A DNA stretch of 64,000 bases, taken from IMG/VR virus record IMGVR_UViG_3300048572_000043, positions 1 to 64,000 of that record. One strand, written 5' to 3'. This stretch comes from a virus. Its lineage: Duplodnaviria; Caudoviricetes. Below are positions 1 through 10,186 of this stretch, piece by piece. The position numbers and the translations under genes are program-made. Positions within the stretch are counted from its first letter, which is position 1, and every line of letters starts with the position of its first letter. The notes beneath the pieces were generated by a model, which had not been told where the DNA came from, made no database searches, and worked only from the letters and a program-made list of their open reading frames with translations.

Positions 1-3
1 TTA

Positions 4-828
4 TTAATCTTTAATTTTCTTAATTCGATCTATTAATTCAAACAACTTAACTTTGGGTATATCTGAGATAGAGTTTAAATTTTCTGCATTATCAAATTTA
101 TCTTTAATTAGCCTTTTCTTTAGTGCTTCAAAATTAACATTCTTTTCTTTCATGACTTTTTCAAGTAATGATTGAGGAGAAGTTGGATTTTCATTTACAG
201 AAGAAGAGTCATCGAGTAGCTTTGCATCTCCTAGTTCTTCTTGAGAAACAATGTTGATCTTCAAAAAATTGCGAACACAACGCACAAACGCTCTATTCTC
301 CGCAATTGCAGCTAAGAAGAATCTGGCGAAACTCTTTGTATTATTTAAAGTAGCATCAGCAAGTGATTCAAAAACTACTTCTTTTCCACCAGTTTCATAA
401 TTTGGTAACCAAGTAATTCTACAGCTTGTTGCGAAGTAATTTTCAGAAGCTGCAACTACTTTGTATTCAACGCTAGTATAACCTCTAATTTGAGCTAACT
501 CTTTAATTCCACCTAAAAGTATAAGAAGATCTTTATCTTGAAGTTTTGAAACATCTGTTTCCTGAGTTTTTTGTCTATTAGGAACAAGATGTTCAACTTT
601 AACCATCTTACGCCAATTAATTGTTCCATCATCATTAAATGTATAATTTAAAGTTTGATCTTCAATAAGACCATACTTATTTCTAGTCACTAGCTTTGGA
701 GGAGTAACTTGAGGGGTTGGGGTCACAGTGTTCTCAATTTGAATATCTAATCCTTTATTCACGACATTGAATAACTCTGAACTACCAATTGAAACTGTAT
801 TTTCTTCTGATTTGATCTTAGGGCTCAT
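4..828 (-). CDS. putative ssDNA annealing protein (Rad52/ERF/Sak-like)
   Basis: AAIAENRAFVRCVR resembles the A(M/I)AETRA..RA.R helix of Rad52/ERF-like annealases; replication-module context. Confidence 0.45.
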   Translation of the reverse strand: MSPKIKSEENTVSIGSSELFNVVNKGLDIQIENTVTPTPQVTPPKLVTRNKYGLIEDQTLNYTFNDDGTINWRKMVKVEHLVPNRQKTQETDVSKLQDKDLLILLGGIKELAQIRGYTSVEYKVVAASENYFATSCRITWLPNYETGGKEVVFESLADATLNNTKSFARFFLAAIAENRAFVRCVRNFLKINIVSQEELGDAKLLDDSSSVNENPTSPQSLLEKVMKEKNVNFEALKKRLIKDKFDNAENLNSISDIPKVKLFELIDRIKKIKD

Positions 829-854
829 TTAGTAATGATACTATAGATTATATC

Positions 855-2006
855 TCAAGTCAACTTAAAAATATAAAAATTATCTGCTTCTTTCCAAAAT
901 TCAACATCATCTACTACTTTATTACCAGTTCCATTTAACCAGTCGTATCTTGATACGCTTTTGCCTTTAGAAGAATATAATGTTCTTGAAGAATTGTAAT
1001 AAAGATTATCAATATTTGAAACTTTAGTCTCTTCTTTAGTCTTATGCTTCTTATTAACGATTAAATTATAATCCAAGTAATCAATTTTAAATTTATTTAA
1101 AACTTCTTCTGGTAAGAATGATAATAAAACGTAATTAATAGAATTACTCTTTAATAATTTAACAAAATTTACGCTATTATCTTCTTCAATAATATAGATT
1201 AATTGATTGATATTTTGTTTGTATTTTTCAATTATATCTTTTTTAATAGGTTTATTAGTAAAAATTATGCTTTTTCTTTGTGATAAAATTGATTCTAAAG
1301 CTTCTTCATTAAAAGAATAATCTAGTCTAATAATTGGATTTTCAACTGGTATGGAGCTAAGATCCATAGGTTGATCTGGTATAATTTCAAAACTTTTAAG
1401 ATTAAAATCTTGACCAATAAATACAGTTTCTGGCATTTTAGGAAATTCGATATTCAATAATTTTAATACGCCTTCTGCAATTTCTTCTGGTTTAATAGCA
1501 TCAATGCATTTAGGAGTTTCTACTTGTGAATAGGATGGTTTTTTATTTCCAATTCTTTCGTATCCTTTTAGTAGAATATGCTTATCTTTATTTCCAAAAT
1601 GTGGGCCAGCTACGCTAGGATTACTAATGCTATACAATGAAACTATAGGAAGATCGAAACTTGAAGCTAAATGCACGCAAAGACTGTCTGCGCCAAAATG
1701 TAATTTAGAATTTTGAATAACATAGGCTAATTGATTTATATTAGTTTGTCCTAATAGATTAATTACTCCACCTAATTGTTTTTCATCTTTTGTTCCTACT
1801 TGAACTATGCAGATGTTAGCTTTTGATAAAAATGGTTGTAGTAAATTAATAACTTCTTGCCAATATGAATAATTTCTAGAATCATAAGGCGTTTGGCCTT
1901 GAATTGTTATGTACGTTTGTGGTGGAAGTGGAAAATATTTTGTATATATAAATGGTTTGTCTATTTTTGATCCTGTATTTGTAGCGTATGTATCTAAGAG
2001 TCTCAT
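855..2006 (-). CDS. GT9 (heptosyltransferase-like) C-terminal half plus unknown domain
   Basis: NLLGQTNINQLAYVIQNSKLHFGADSLCVHLASSFDLPIVSLY matches the GT9 donor-binding region. Confidence 0.7.
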   Translation of the reverse strand: MRLLDTYATNTGSKIDKPFIYTKYFPLPPQTYITIQGQTPYDSRNYSYWQEVINLLQPFLSKANICIVQVGTKDEKQLGGVINLLGQTNINQLAYVIQNSKLHFGADSLCVHLASSFDLPIVSLYSISNPSVAGPHFGNKDKHILLKGYERIGNKKPSYSQVETPKCIDAIKPEEIAEGVLKLLNIEFPKMPETVFIGQDFNLKSFEIIPDQPMDLSSIPVENPIIRLDYSFNEEALESILSQRKSIIFTNKPIKKDIIEKYKQNINQLIYIIEEDNSVNFVKLLKSNSINYVLLSFLPEEVLNKFKIDYLDYNLIVNKKHKTKEETKVSNIDNLYYNSSRTLYSSKGKSVSRYDWLNGTGNKVVDDVEFWKEADNFYIFKLT

Positions 2007-2020
2007 TTATTTATGATATA

Positions 2021-3937
2021 TTAAGTTAGTTCAAATTCTACTTTATCTAAACCATTGTGAAGATAATTTAAATTTCTTTGAGTACAAGTATACGGCAAGT
2101 AAGCAATATCAAAATATCCATCATGTTGATTGTTACCTTCTAGCCAAATTAGGTTATCCATGATGGGATTATACTCCATCCATCTATGAACATATGGATT
2201 ACCTTCTAAAATTTCTTTGTACTGTGGTTTTGTTGCGACATATAAACTATAATCTGGATATCTATTCTTAATAGATTTAAATAGTGCTGTACTTAGAAAG
2301 ATATCTCCAGCGCTTTCTGGCATAACATAAATTACTCTACCTTTATCGTTTTTATCGAGAAGGTCTTCAAACTTAATCTGTTTATCTTCTCCGCTTTCTT
2401 TTAAAGCTACATTTCTGAAATAATTTTCTAAATCTTGCCTCTTTGCGCCTTTGGCTAATTCACCCATCCAATATTGGTACCCAGAATCATTTCTATCAAC
2501 GTTGTTCATTTTAAGAATATTATGATACATGAATAATATCCATTCTCCATCATCTAAAATATTTGGTATTTGAAAATATGGATCTTTCTTATTTTGGGAA
2601 TTATCTAACACTTTAGTCCAATCAACTAATTCTTGCTTATCTATAAATTCTTCTATAGATTTTCCTACATTTTGAATACCGAAATTCTTTATCGTCCATT
2701 CTCTAGCTTTCTTACCCATTTCAAGTCTTTTGTGTTGTGGCATTTTATATACAATATTTAATTGTTTAGCTATTGATTCTGGATAAGTAGATGCTTTAAT
2801 AAATTCTGTGCCATGTTCTCTATATTCATTCCATTCCAAGGGAAGAGAGTTAGCGTCTGGTTCACACATTTCTTCTCCACAACTATAATTTGTAACAAGA
2901 GTAATAAGTTCAGTTAATTTTGCTTCTTGAATTGGTATTTCTTGTCCACCGCTTGTGAATGGATGACAATAAACATCCATAAAATTATAAACTTCATTTA
3001 ATTGTTCCTCTGTAACTCCAATAGATACATTTGTTGTAGTTTGGCTTTTTTGTGCTTTACAAAATTTACAATCTGTATCTAATCCAGAAAATGGTTTAAT
3101 TTCATATTCTCCACAATTTCTACAAATATGAGTTGTTAATATTTCGTTATGATTGACTCCGAATTCTGAAGCAAGTTTATGAATATTCCATCCTTCACCC
3201 CAATGAGTATGCAAAAGAAGATATGTATTTTTAATTTCTGGATTATTCTTTTTCCATAAAGCGTAACCTTGTAATAAATTTGGAACACTTTTTCTTAATT
3301 GATTTCTAAAAACAAATCCAATTATAAATGCATCTTGTGGAATATTATGTTTTTTTCTAAGTTGATTTCTGTCAAAATCCGATAAACGATAAAATTCTTG
3401 ATCTTCGAGCGAGCCATGCATAGTCTTAACGTGACTATATCCAAGTTTATGTAAAGCTTTTGTAGCGAAATTACTCCAAATCCAGTAGTTCTTAATCTTC
3501 GGAGCATTGGTCACGGCAGATTGAAGAATAGGAAGTGAATCTAAAGTAGTCCAAATTACAGACGCAATTTTATTAAACCAAGGCTTTTCTATAGCAAAAT
3601 CAACTCCCCAAATATCTTGAACACCAATATAAATATCTGGTTTTTCATCATTAATAACTTTATCTAAAAGGTGTGCTCCATAGCTGGCCATTCTAGCTAA
3701 ATTAGGATCTCTATTTAATTGATCGAGTTCTTGTTGAGTATTAGGCAAAGAGCCTACAGTTTTCCAAGGAGTTTTCTTAAATTCTGGATGATCATAAGTC
3801 ATTCCACATGAATAATGAACTAGATCATATTTATTTGTGGAGTATAAATGTTTAAGTAAAGTTTTAGCATTTCTTCCAAAGCCAGTTTTGGCTAGAGAGA
3901 AGTCTGTTTGTATTAAAACTTTCTTTTTTCGTTCCAT
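2021..3937 (-). CDS. GT4-type glycosyltransferase fused to a GT9 N-terminal half
   Basis: TGFGR, FRNQLRK and HPFTSGGQEIPIQEA motifs (GT-B); C-terminal SAGDIFLSTALFKSIK..YP....EILEGNPYV is GT9 N-terminus-like. Confidence 0.75.
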   Translation of the reverse strand: MERKKKVLIQTDFSLAKTGFGRNAKTLLKHLYSTNKYDLVHYSCGMTYDHPEFKKTPWKTVGSLPNTQQELDQLNRDPNLARMASYGAHLLDKVINDEKPDIYIGVQDIWGVDFAIEKPWFNKIASVIWTTLDSLPILQSAVTNAPKIKNYWIWSNFATKALHKLGYSHVKTMHGSLEDQEFYRLSDFDRNQLRKKHNIPQDAFIIGFVFRNQLRKSVPNLLQGYALWKKNNPEIKNTYLLLHTHWGEGWNIHKLASEFGVNHNEILTTHICRNCGEYEIKPFSGLDTDCKFCKAQKSQTTTNVSIGVTEEQLNEVYNFMDVYCHPFTSGGQEIPIQEAKLTELITLVTNYSCGEEMCEPDANSLPLEWNEYREHGTEFIKASTYPESIAKQLNIVYKMPQHKRLEMGKKAREWTIKNFGIQNVGKSIEEFIDKQELVDWTKVLDNSQNKKDPYFQIPNILDDGEWILFMYHNILKMNNVDRNDSGYQYWMGELAKGAKRQDLENYFRNVALKESGEDKQIKFEDLLDKNDKGRVIYVMPESAGDIFLSTALFKSIKNRYPDYSLYVATKPQYKEILEGNPYVHRWMEYNPIMDNLIWLEGNNQHDGYFDIAYLPYTCTQRNLNYLHNGLDKVEFELT

Positions 3938-4479
3938 TACCAGAGTTCGCTATCTTCTTGATTAGCTTCGCCAACTTCTTTAGTTTCTTTTGTGGAATTT
4001 TTTGCTTTCTTTATAGCTTCGATTCGTTGAGCTTCAAAAACAGAATTTAAAGAATAGGTCAAAAATTCTTTTAATAGTCTTGCTTCATTAAAATAAAAAC
4101 CAATCAAATATGATTGTTTGTTTTCAACGTTTTGCTTGTCTTCTTTATTTACGCTATACGAGAATCCAACTTGTTTTTCATCTCTAATATAGGGAGCTAG
4201 CTTAATTTTTGTAATTTGTTTCTCTGATGTGTGATAAGCTGAAAATTCAGTATTTCTTTCTAGAGAATCAAGGAGTCCAGCTGCTTCTGTTAGTGAAAAT
4301 TTAACTTTAACACTTTTATTAGGATTATTTTGATTTTCAGAAAAAGAGCCAATCTTTTTAGCATCATTCCAAGAACTTTGCTTGATTAGTGATCCCCATA
4401 CTGAATTATCTTTTGAATTTACGCTAAAACTACAAGCTGTGCCTGTATTCTTACTGTTTGGTTTATAAAATGATATCAT
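3937..4479 (-). CDS. putative Whirly/PC4-like ssDNA-binding protein
   Basis: two beta-sheet+helix repeats (KFSLTEAAGLL; GFYFNEARLLKEFL) and an acidic tail, next to the DNA polymerase. Confidence 0.4.
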   Translation of the reverse strand: MISFYKPNSKNTGTACSFSVNSKDNSVWGSLIKQSSWNDAKKIGSFSENQNNPNKSVKVKFSLTEAAGLLDSLERNTEFSAYHTSEKQITKIKLAPYIRDEKQVGFSYSVNKEDKQNVENKQSYLIGFYFNEARLLKEFLTYSLNSVFEAQRIEAIKKAKNSTKETKEVGEANQEDSELW

Positions 4480-4512
4480 ATTACTTAATGTTACTATATA
4501 TATTTAGAAATG

Positions 4513-7095
4513 TCAATTATTTTTATCTGTCTTTTTTAAATCATTTAATTTCATATAAATTTGATGATCTTGAATAGCTATTAAGTCTCCAAATATACAA
4601 TCATCTCTTTTAGAGCCTTTTGCTATAACGATATTTCCCTCTTCAAAAGCTTTGTTATTTAATAATTTATTATTCTCAATATTATCATTAAATATTAGTA
4701 CGCTAATTGAGCTGGTTTCATCTGATATTTTTAGCCTTACATATCTAGTTTTCTTTTCATTTTTAGATACGCCAGTATATACTTCTTCTATTTGACCAAC
4801 AAATGCAACTTTACTATTAACTGGTTCATCTATAATATCACTAACATATTTAAGATTTTCTCTTTTCTCTGCGAAAATGTCTCTTAAATTTTTGTTATAT
4901 GTATATCCCAAAAGTTTCTTTTCATAATACCAGTTTGCAAAACTTTCACTTTTACTATTCTGATTATAGATTTCAAGGTATGGTGCATATTTTGCTTTAA
5001 TAGTATTTAATCTATTATCCTTAATAACCAAATGATTCTTTTCATCAGTAAATTTATTGAGATGTTTTATAATTTTAATCAAATCATAATCAAACTTATC
5101 TGCGAATGAAATTGAATACTTTTTCTCTTTAGCTGTTAAAATATTCCATAATTGAGCTTCTAATACAATTTTACTTCTAGATTGATTAAATCCACTCAAT
5201 GCTCCTGCTTGAATCAAGGATGATAATACTCCAATATTAAGATTAGCTTCTTCTGCTGCTTGCAAAATCTCAAACTTATTAGAATACTTATTTCTAAAAC
5301 TATTTAGTTTTTCAATAGATTTATCACTTATTCCCTTGATAGATAACAAACCAAATCTAATATCTTTATCTTCTATTGAGAAATCCATTTCTGATTTGAT
5401 AATGTGTGGCGGAAGGAGTTTGATATCGAATTCATGCATTTCTTTTTGAATCTTAGAAATTTCGCCAATTGGATCTGGCTCGTTTCTGCTCATTTTCAAT
5501 AAAGATAAGAAGAATTGTTGAGGATGATTGAATTTCAAATAAATTGTAACTGCTGCTAAAGCTGCGTAAGCCAATGAGTGACTTTTATTAAAAGAGTAAT
5601 TCGCGGAGTCTTCAAGAATTTTCCATAGAATTTCTCCTACTTCTTTTGGTATCTCGTTTTCTTTAATCTTTGATTCGATCTTCTTTTTCCAAGCTTTAAT
5701 TTCTTCAGTTTTCTTTTTACCAACTATTCTTCTTAAGATTTCTGCTTCGTCCAAAGTAAATCCAATCTTATTAGCCATCTTCATTAATTGCTCTTGATAT
5801 AAAGCTACTCCACCAGTTTGCTTTAGAATATCATCAAAGAATGGATGAATACTTTCTGATTGTTGATAATTTGTATGAGCAGCATATTTATCTACGAATT
5901 GTAATGCTCCAGGTCTTGCTAAAGCTAAGACTCCGCTGAGTTCTTCAAGATTCTTTGGTTTTACTTTTTGACAAACTCTAAAATTAGTTTCTGCTTCAAT
6001 TTGAAAAAGACCATGAGGAGATTTTAGGTCTTGTAGATTTCTATAAATAGATTCGTGATTTAAGTCAATATCTTCTACTTTAATACCAATATTTTTACAA
6101 ACATCATCTACAACTGAAACGCTTCTTAAACCCAAGATATCAAGTTTAATATTAAATAGACTAACCCAATTCATATCAAAACTTGAAACTGGCTCTTTAT
6201 CAGAAGAGAATTCTGTTGGGCATACTGTTTCTAAATCATAATAAGAAAGAAGAACTCCAGATGGGTGAACTCCTTTATTTTTGATAAGATCTCTTAGCTT
6301 TAGGGCGATTTGAAATGTTTCTTTATTTTCATCACACCAATCTTTAAATTTTTCTACTTCTTCGTATGCAGTATTAATATCTTTAACTTGACCATAAACT
6401 TTTGGAATCAACGATGAAATATTTGTCATTTCTTCTTCCGTCTTTTCTCCAACGATTTTGCCGCATTCCTTGATTAAGAGTTTTCCACTCAAAGTATTAA
6501 GAGTTAAGATTTTACTAGTTTTACCTTTAAATTTAGATTCTAAATACTGTAATACTTTTTGACGATTATAATAACAAATATCCAAATCAACGTCACACAT
6601 CAAACTACCATCAAGATATGTTATGCCGTCAATAACCTGCTTTTTAGCTCGAATCTTGGATATAAATCTTTCGAAATAAAGATCATATTTAACTGGATCA
6701 ATTCTAGTTACACCGATTAGATAAAGAATAAGTGAACCAGCAGCTGAACCTCTACCTAATCCAACTGGTATACTGCTTGTCTTGCAAAAATTAATAACAT
6801 CCCATACTAATAAAATATAATCTATGAATCCTAATTCTTTTAATGTTTCTAGTTCATGTTTTGCTCGGTCAATATATTTCTTATAATCTTTATTATCTTT
6901 TTCTATTTTTAAATCCTTAAAACCATTCAAAGCTAATGCTCTAAGAAAATCATAATTAGAAACATCTTCGCTAATATTAAGATGTCTTTTTAAAGATGCA
7001 TCAATATTGAATTCTGGAAGTCTTACTCCATGTAATCCAAGATCAGTAGTAGTAAATTTACTATATAAAGCTTCGTCTTTTAGGATATTATTCAT
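4513..7095 (-). CDS. dnaE: DNA polymerase III alpha (DnaE) catalytic part lacking the PHP domain
   Basis: GRGSAAGSL, FERF, DVDLD, HPSGV, KLDILGL, YQEQLM and YSFNKSHS motifs; C-terminal OB fold; start taken at MNNILK. Confidence 0.95.
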   Translation of the reverse strand: MNNILKDEALYSKFTTTDLGLHGVRLPEFNIDASLKRHLNISEDVSNYDFLRALALNGFKDLKIEKDNKDYKKYIDRAKHELETLKELGFIDYILLVWDVINFCKTSSIPVGLGRGSAAGSLILYLIGVTRIDPVKYDLYFERFISKIRAKKQVIDGITYLDGSLMCDVDLDICYYNRQKVLQYLESKFKGKTSKILTLNTLSGKLLIKECGKIVGEKTEEEMTNISSLIPKVYGQVKDINTAYEEVEKFKDWCDENKETFQIALKLRDLIKNKGVHPSGVLLSYYDLETVCPTEFSSDKEPVSSFDMNWVSLFNIKLDILGLRSVSVVDDVCKNIGIKVEDIDLNHESIYRNLQDLKSPHGLFQIEAETNFRVCQKVKPKNLEELSGVLALARPGALQFVDKYAAHTNYQQSESIHPFFDDILKQTGGVALYQEQLMKMANKIGFTLDEAEILRRIVGKKKTEEIKAWKKKIESKIKENEIPKEVGEILWKILEDSANYSFNKSHSLAYAALAAVTIYLKFNHPQQFFLSLLKMSRNEPDPIGEISKIQKEMHEFDIKLLPPHIIKSEMDFSIEDKDIRFGLLSIKGISDKSIEKLNSFRNKYSNKFEILQAAEEANLNIGVLSSLIQAGALSGFNQSRSKIVLEAQLWNILTAKEKKYSISFADKFDYDLIKIIKHLNKFTDEKNHLVIKDNRLNTIKAKYAPYLEIYNQNSKSESFANWYYEKKLLGYTYNKNLRDIFAEKRENLKYVSDIIDEPVNSKVAFVGQIEEVYTGVSKNEKKTRYVRLKISDETSSISVLIFNDNIENNKLLNNKAFEEGNIVIAKGSKRDDCIFGDLIAIQDHQIYMKLNDLKKTDKNN

Positions 7096-7306
7096 CGTCT
7101 TCGTCTTCTTTATCAATGTTATCTATTTCTTTATTAAAAGCATCTAATCCAGTTGCTAATATTTTCATAGATGCTTTATCCTTTAAACTAAAGAATACGT
7201 CTGCTTTGCCTTGCTTCTTTCCTTTTTGAACAGTAATAAGTAAATACTCTATTCCACCATCTTCTAGTTTTTGGATTATATCATAAATATCGTCTAGTGA
7301 TGCCAT
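7088..7306 (-). CDS. small acidic hypothetical protein
   Basis: 72-aa ORF coupled between the exonuclease and dnaE. Confidence 0.7.
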   Translation of the reverse strand: MASLDDIYDIIQKLEDGGIEYLLITVQKGKKQGKADVFFSLKDKASMKILATGLDAFNKEIDNIDKEDEDDE

Positions 7307-7307
7307 A

Positions 7308-7946
7308 TTATACCTCTAATTGCCATTTCAATTTATTCCATACTTTTAAATTCAAGTCAAGATCATTAATAGCATCATGAAGTTTTTCGTAATCATGCTC
7401 TATTCCATTTTCTTTTCCTAGGAAAGTCAAAGAACTTTTAACATTCTTTTTTCTAGTATGAAGAATTTTATATTGATATTCGGTTAAATTGTCTTTTGAA
7501 TTGTAAGGCATCTCATATTTTATGCCTCTTGCTATTGCATTTGTATCGATAAATTTATTTACAAGATGATCCCAATTACAACCCATATATTTATAATACT
7601 CTTTTATAAGATAAATGTCAAACCCAAGGGTATTATGGCCAATAATATAATCTGCACTATCTAGCCAATCTTTAATAGTTGCAAATACTTCTTTTGGATC
7701 ATGTCCCTCTTTTTGAACTTTTTTATGATCATATCTTGTAATTCTAGCTGCATCTTGACTAATTTTTAAATCTGTCTGCCATTTTAAATAGAAATTCTTT
7801 TGATCTATCTTTTTATCCCCTTGAACTTTTAGCATAGCTATTTGCCATGGAATATTATGACAGAAATTAAGACAAAGATTAAATGTCTCGCAATCTATGA
7901 ATACCAAAGTTTTATTTTTATTATACCTTAGAAGATGTTCGTCCAT
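7308..7946 (-). CDS. DEDDh 3'-5' exonuclease (Pol III epsilon-like)
   Basis: FIDCET, GHNTLGFD, IDT and LHDAINDL motifs. Confidence 0.9.
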   Translation of the reverse strand: MDEHLLRYNKNKTLVFIDCETFNLCLNFCHNIPWQIAMLKVQGDKKIDQKNFYLKWQTDLKISQDAARITRYDHKKVQKEGHDPKEVFATIKDWLDSADYIIGHNTLGFDIYLIKEYYKYMGCNWDHLVNKFIDTNAIARGIKYEMPYNSKDNLTEYQYKILHTRKKNVKSSLTFLGKENGIEHDYEKLHDAINDLDLNLKVWNKLKWQLEV

Positions 7947-7947
7947 A

Positions 7948-8445
7948 TTAAATATATTTTGGATAGTAAGGTTTAAAATCTAAAAATTCATCAAAATCAT
8001 AATCTCTCATTTTATGATGCCATGCTATGTGTTCTGCTTGATTCATCTCTATCCAAATTCCATCATCTTTTGTGAGATTATATATTTTATATTTTTGTAA
8101 ATTTTTTAAGAAAGCAACAATGTAAACAGTTGTGTTAAGCTTATTACCTATGTCTACGATATTAGCTCTTTGAGCATCTCTTTCTTTAAATCTATGTAAT
8201 ATTTTATCAAAATATAAATTCTTTGGTATCGTTTCGCTATCTATTCTAGTTAATTCTAAAATTGAATCGAGGACTCTTTCTGAACCTAAGTAATGAAAAT
8301 TTATTAAATCTGCATCCTGCGCCCAAAGTTTTTGATATGAATAAAGCATATCTTTGTAGTCTCTAGTTCTTTCTTCGTTACCTTCTATTTGGCGACACTT
8401 CGAACCATAGGAATTAGTTTTTTTAGGTATTTCTAATGTTTTCAT
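7948..8445 (-). CDS. hypothetical protein, possible PD-(D/E)XK-like nuclease
   Basis: QDAD...ILELT pattern, weak; overlaps the PHP gene stop. Confidence 0.35.
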   Translation of the reverse strand: MKTLEIPKKTNSYGSKCRQIEGNEERTRDYKDMLYSYQKLWAQDADLINFHYLGSERVLDSILELTRIDSETIPKNLYFDKILHRFKERDAQRANIVDIGNKLNTTVYIVAFLKNLQKYKIYNLTKDDGIWIEMNQAEHIAWHHKMRDYDFDEFLDFKPYYPKYI

Positions 8446-9188
8446 TTTTTATTTTTCCAGCTTTCAAAACAAAATTCATTACTGCTCATATGCTCAAGAT
8501 CTGGTTTATTTAGAACAGTTCTTTTATTGATACATCTAAAGGTCAAATATGTTTTAAAGTCTTTTCTGTCAGTATAATAAATACTTTTTGCATTAAAAAC
8601 TTCTAGTTTATTCTTTTCTGCGAATGATAGCATTTTATCTTTAATAAGAAAATCAAAGGGTAGTTCGTTCTGTTCAATAAATACTACTGGTTTAGTAAAG
8701 TCTATTTGAGGAACGCATATGCTATTTTTTAGAGTATTATTAAATATGAAAGAATCATAGAATGGAATACCAATTATTAGATCATCTGACCAGTTATTCT
8801 TTATTGTTGCATAATCTAGTCTAGGTTCATAATAAAAGCCATCTTTTGCGCCAATGCTAAATAGTTTAGTTAAAGATTCATAGCCTTTTTTATTTTTAAA
8901 GAAAAGTATGAATTTTGAGTTTTTTACTCTTGACTCATCGGTTTTATCAGACATCGACTCTGTAACCGAAATTCTTAATCCATAATTCAATTTAATATTA
9001 TTGTTCTTGCAATTTGTATAAGCTTCAAGAAATGATGACATATTATCCTCTACTAAGAATATCTCTTTTAATTTATTTTGTTTAGCTATTTGAATAATAG
9101 AGTCTGGATAATCATCCCTTTCAGCCTTATCCTCTAGAGTAAGAATAGATCTTCCTAAAGAATAATGAGATTTAAATAAAGGTATCAT
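8442..9188 (-). CDS. stand-alone PHP domain of DNA polymerase III alpha
   Basis: FKSHYSL..SIL, KNKKGYESLTKL.S, GFYYEPRLD match the DnaE N-terminal PHP domain. Confidence 0.85.
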   Translation of the reverse strand: MIPLFKSHYSLGRSILTLEDKAERDDYPDSIIQIAKQNKLKEIFLVEDNMSSFLEAYTNCKNNNIKLNYGLRISVTESMSDKTDESRVKNSKFILFFKNKKGYESLTKLFSIGAKDGFYYEPRLDYATIKNNWSDDLIIGIPFYDSFIFNNTLKNSICVPQIDFTKPVVFIEQNELPFDFLIKDKMLSFAEKNKLEVFNAKSIYYTDRKDFKTYLTFRCINKRTVLNKPDLEHMSSNEFCFESWKNKK

Positions 9189-9220
9189 TTTTACCAATAT
9201 AACAGAAATTTATAAATATA

Positions 9221-10186
9221 TCAATCTAAAAATTCGTCTTTTGAGTCATCAAGAAACTCATTTTTAGCAGAACTAGTTTGAAATTTGGGACATCCTTCAT
9301 ATGTTCGAGTTTCTACTTTAAATCCTTCTATATCTTTAAAATTATCTTCTAGACTAGTTTCTATTACTTCGCCTTTATTATTTACTTTAACATAATATTT
9401 ATATGGATCTTTATACGGACACTTCCATCCACCAATTTGACACATCCATTTATTCTTAACGCTATCTATTGCGAAGTTTGATCTAGCTGATTCTTCATCA
9501 AATTTATTAACATAATCATTAATATGCTCAAGATAATGCTCGAATCCCTTAATTTGATTATCATCAAATACTAATTCTTGAATTGGTTGTTTTGGAAACC
9601 TAAGAAATAAGAATTTAACAATAGGTTTTAATTTTGGCCATAATTTTTTACTTGCTAGACTATACATCATAGCTTGAATATTAGCTTCAAGGTCATCACC
9701 CCTAAACTTGTATTTGGAGCTTTTATAGTCGATTATATGCATTTCTTTTTTGATTTTAATAGGCTTATCTATAAAGCCACGAATATGATATTTGGGTTCA
9801 TCATTTTGAATATTAAAATCGTACTCTGGCTTAACTATTTCACCACATTCTCCAAAGAAGTCATTTTTAAGACCAACTAAAATCATATCATTTAATAGTT
9901 TATAATTACTTTCGTCTAGTTTAACTTTTAATGATAATTTTTTAACTAATCTATTTACTCCTTCGTCACCATCAATAGCATTCTTTTTTATTATTCTTTT
10001 ATAATTTTTGCGATGTCTTTTATTTAAAAGCAATTCAAAAATTGTATGACAAATTGTTCCTCTTAAAGCTCCGTCATTTTGACTTTGAGGAACTTTAGTA
10101 TGATAGTTATTCCAATAAACCCAAGAACAAGTCTCGAGAGTTTTAATTCTAGAAGCTGATAATACTTTTAAAGATTGTTTTTCCAT
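9221..10186 (-). CDS. Cas4/RecB-like PD-(D/E)XK exonuclease
   Basis: LSASRI....C, RGFIDK, IIDYKSS, Q..MY and C-terminal Cys motifs. Confidence 0.85.
   Translation of the reverse strand: MEKQSLKVLSASRIKTLETCSWVYWNNYHTKVPQSQNDGALRGTICHTIFELLLNKRHRKNYKRIIKKNAIDGDEGVNRLVKKLSLKVKLDESNYKLLNDMILVGLKNDFFGECGEIVKPEYDFNIQNDEPKYHIRGFIDKPIKIKKEMHIIDYKSSKYKFRGDDLEANIQAMMYSLASKKLWPKLKPIVKFLFLRFPKQPIQELVFDDNQIKGFEHYLEHINDYVNKFDEESARSNFAIDSVKNKWMCQIGGWKCPYKDPYKYYVKVNNKGEVIETSLEDNFKDIEGFKVETRTYEGCPKFQTSSAKNEFLDDSKDEFLD

Noticed and set aside
9221-10186. CRISPR-Cas locus from the Cas4-like gene
   Set aside because: No repeat-spacer array or other cas genes; solo Cas4-like nucleases are common in phage replication modules.
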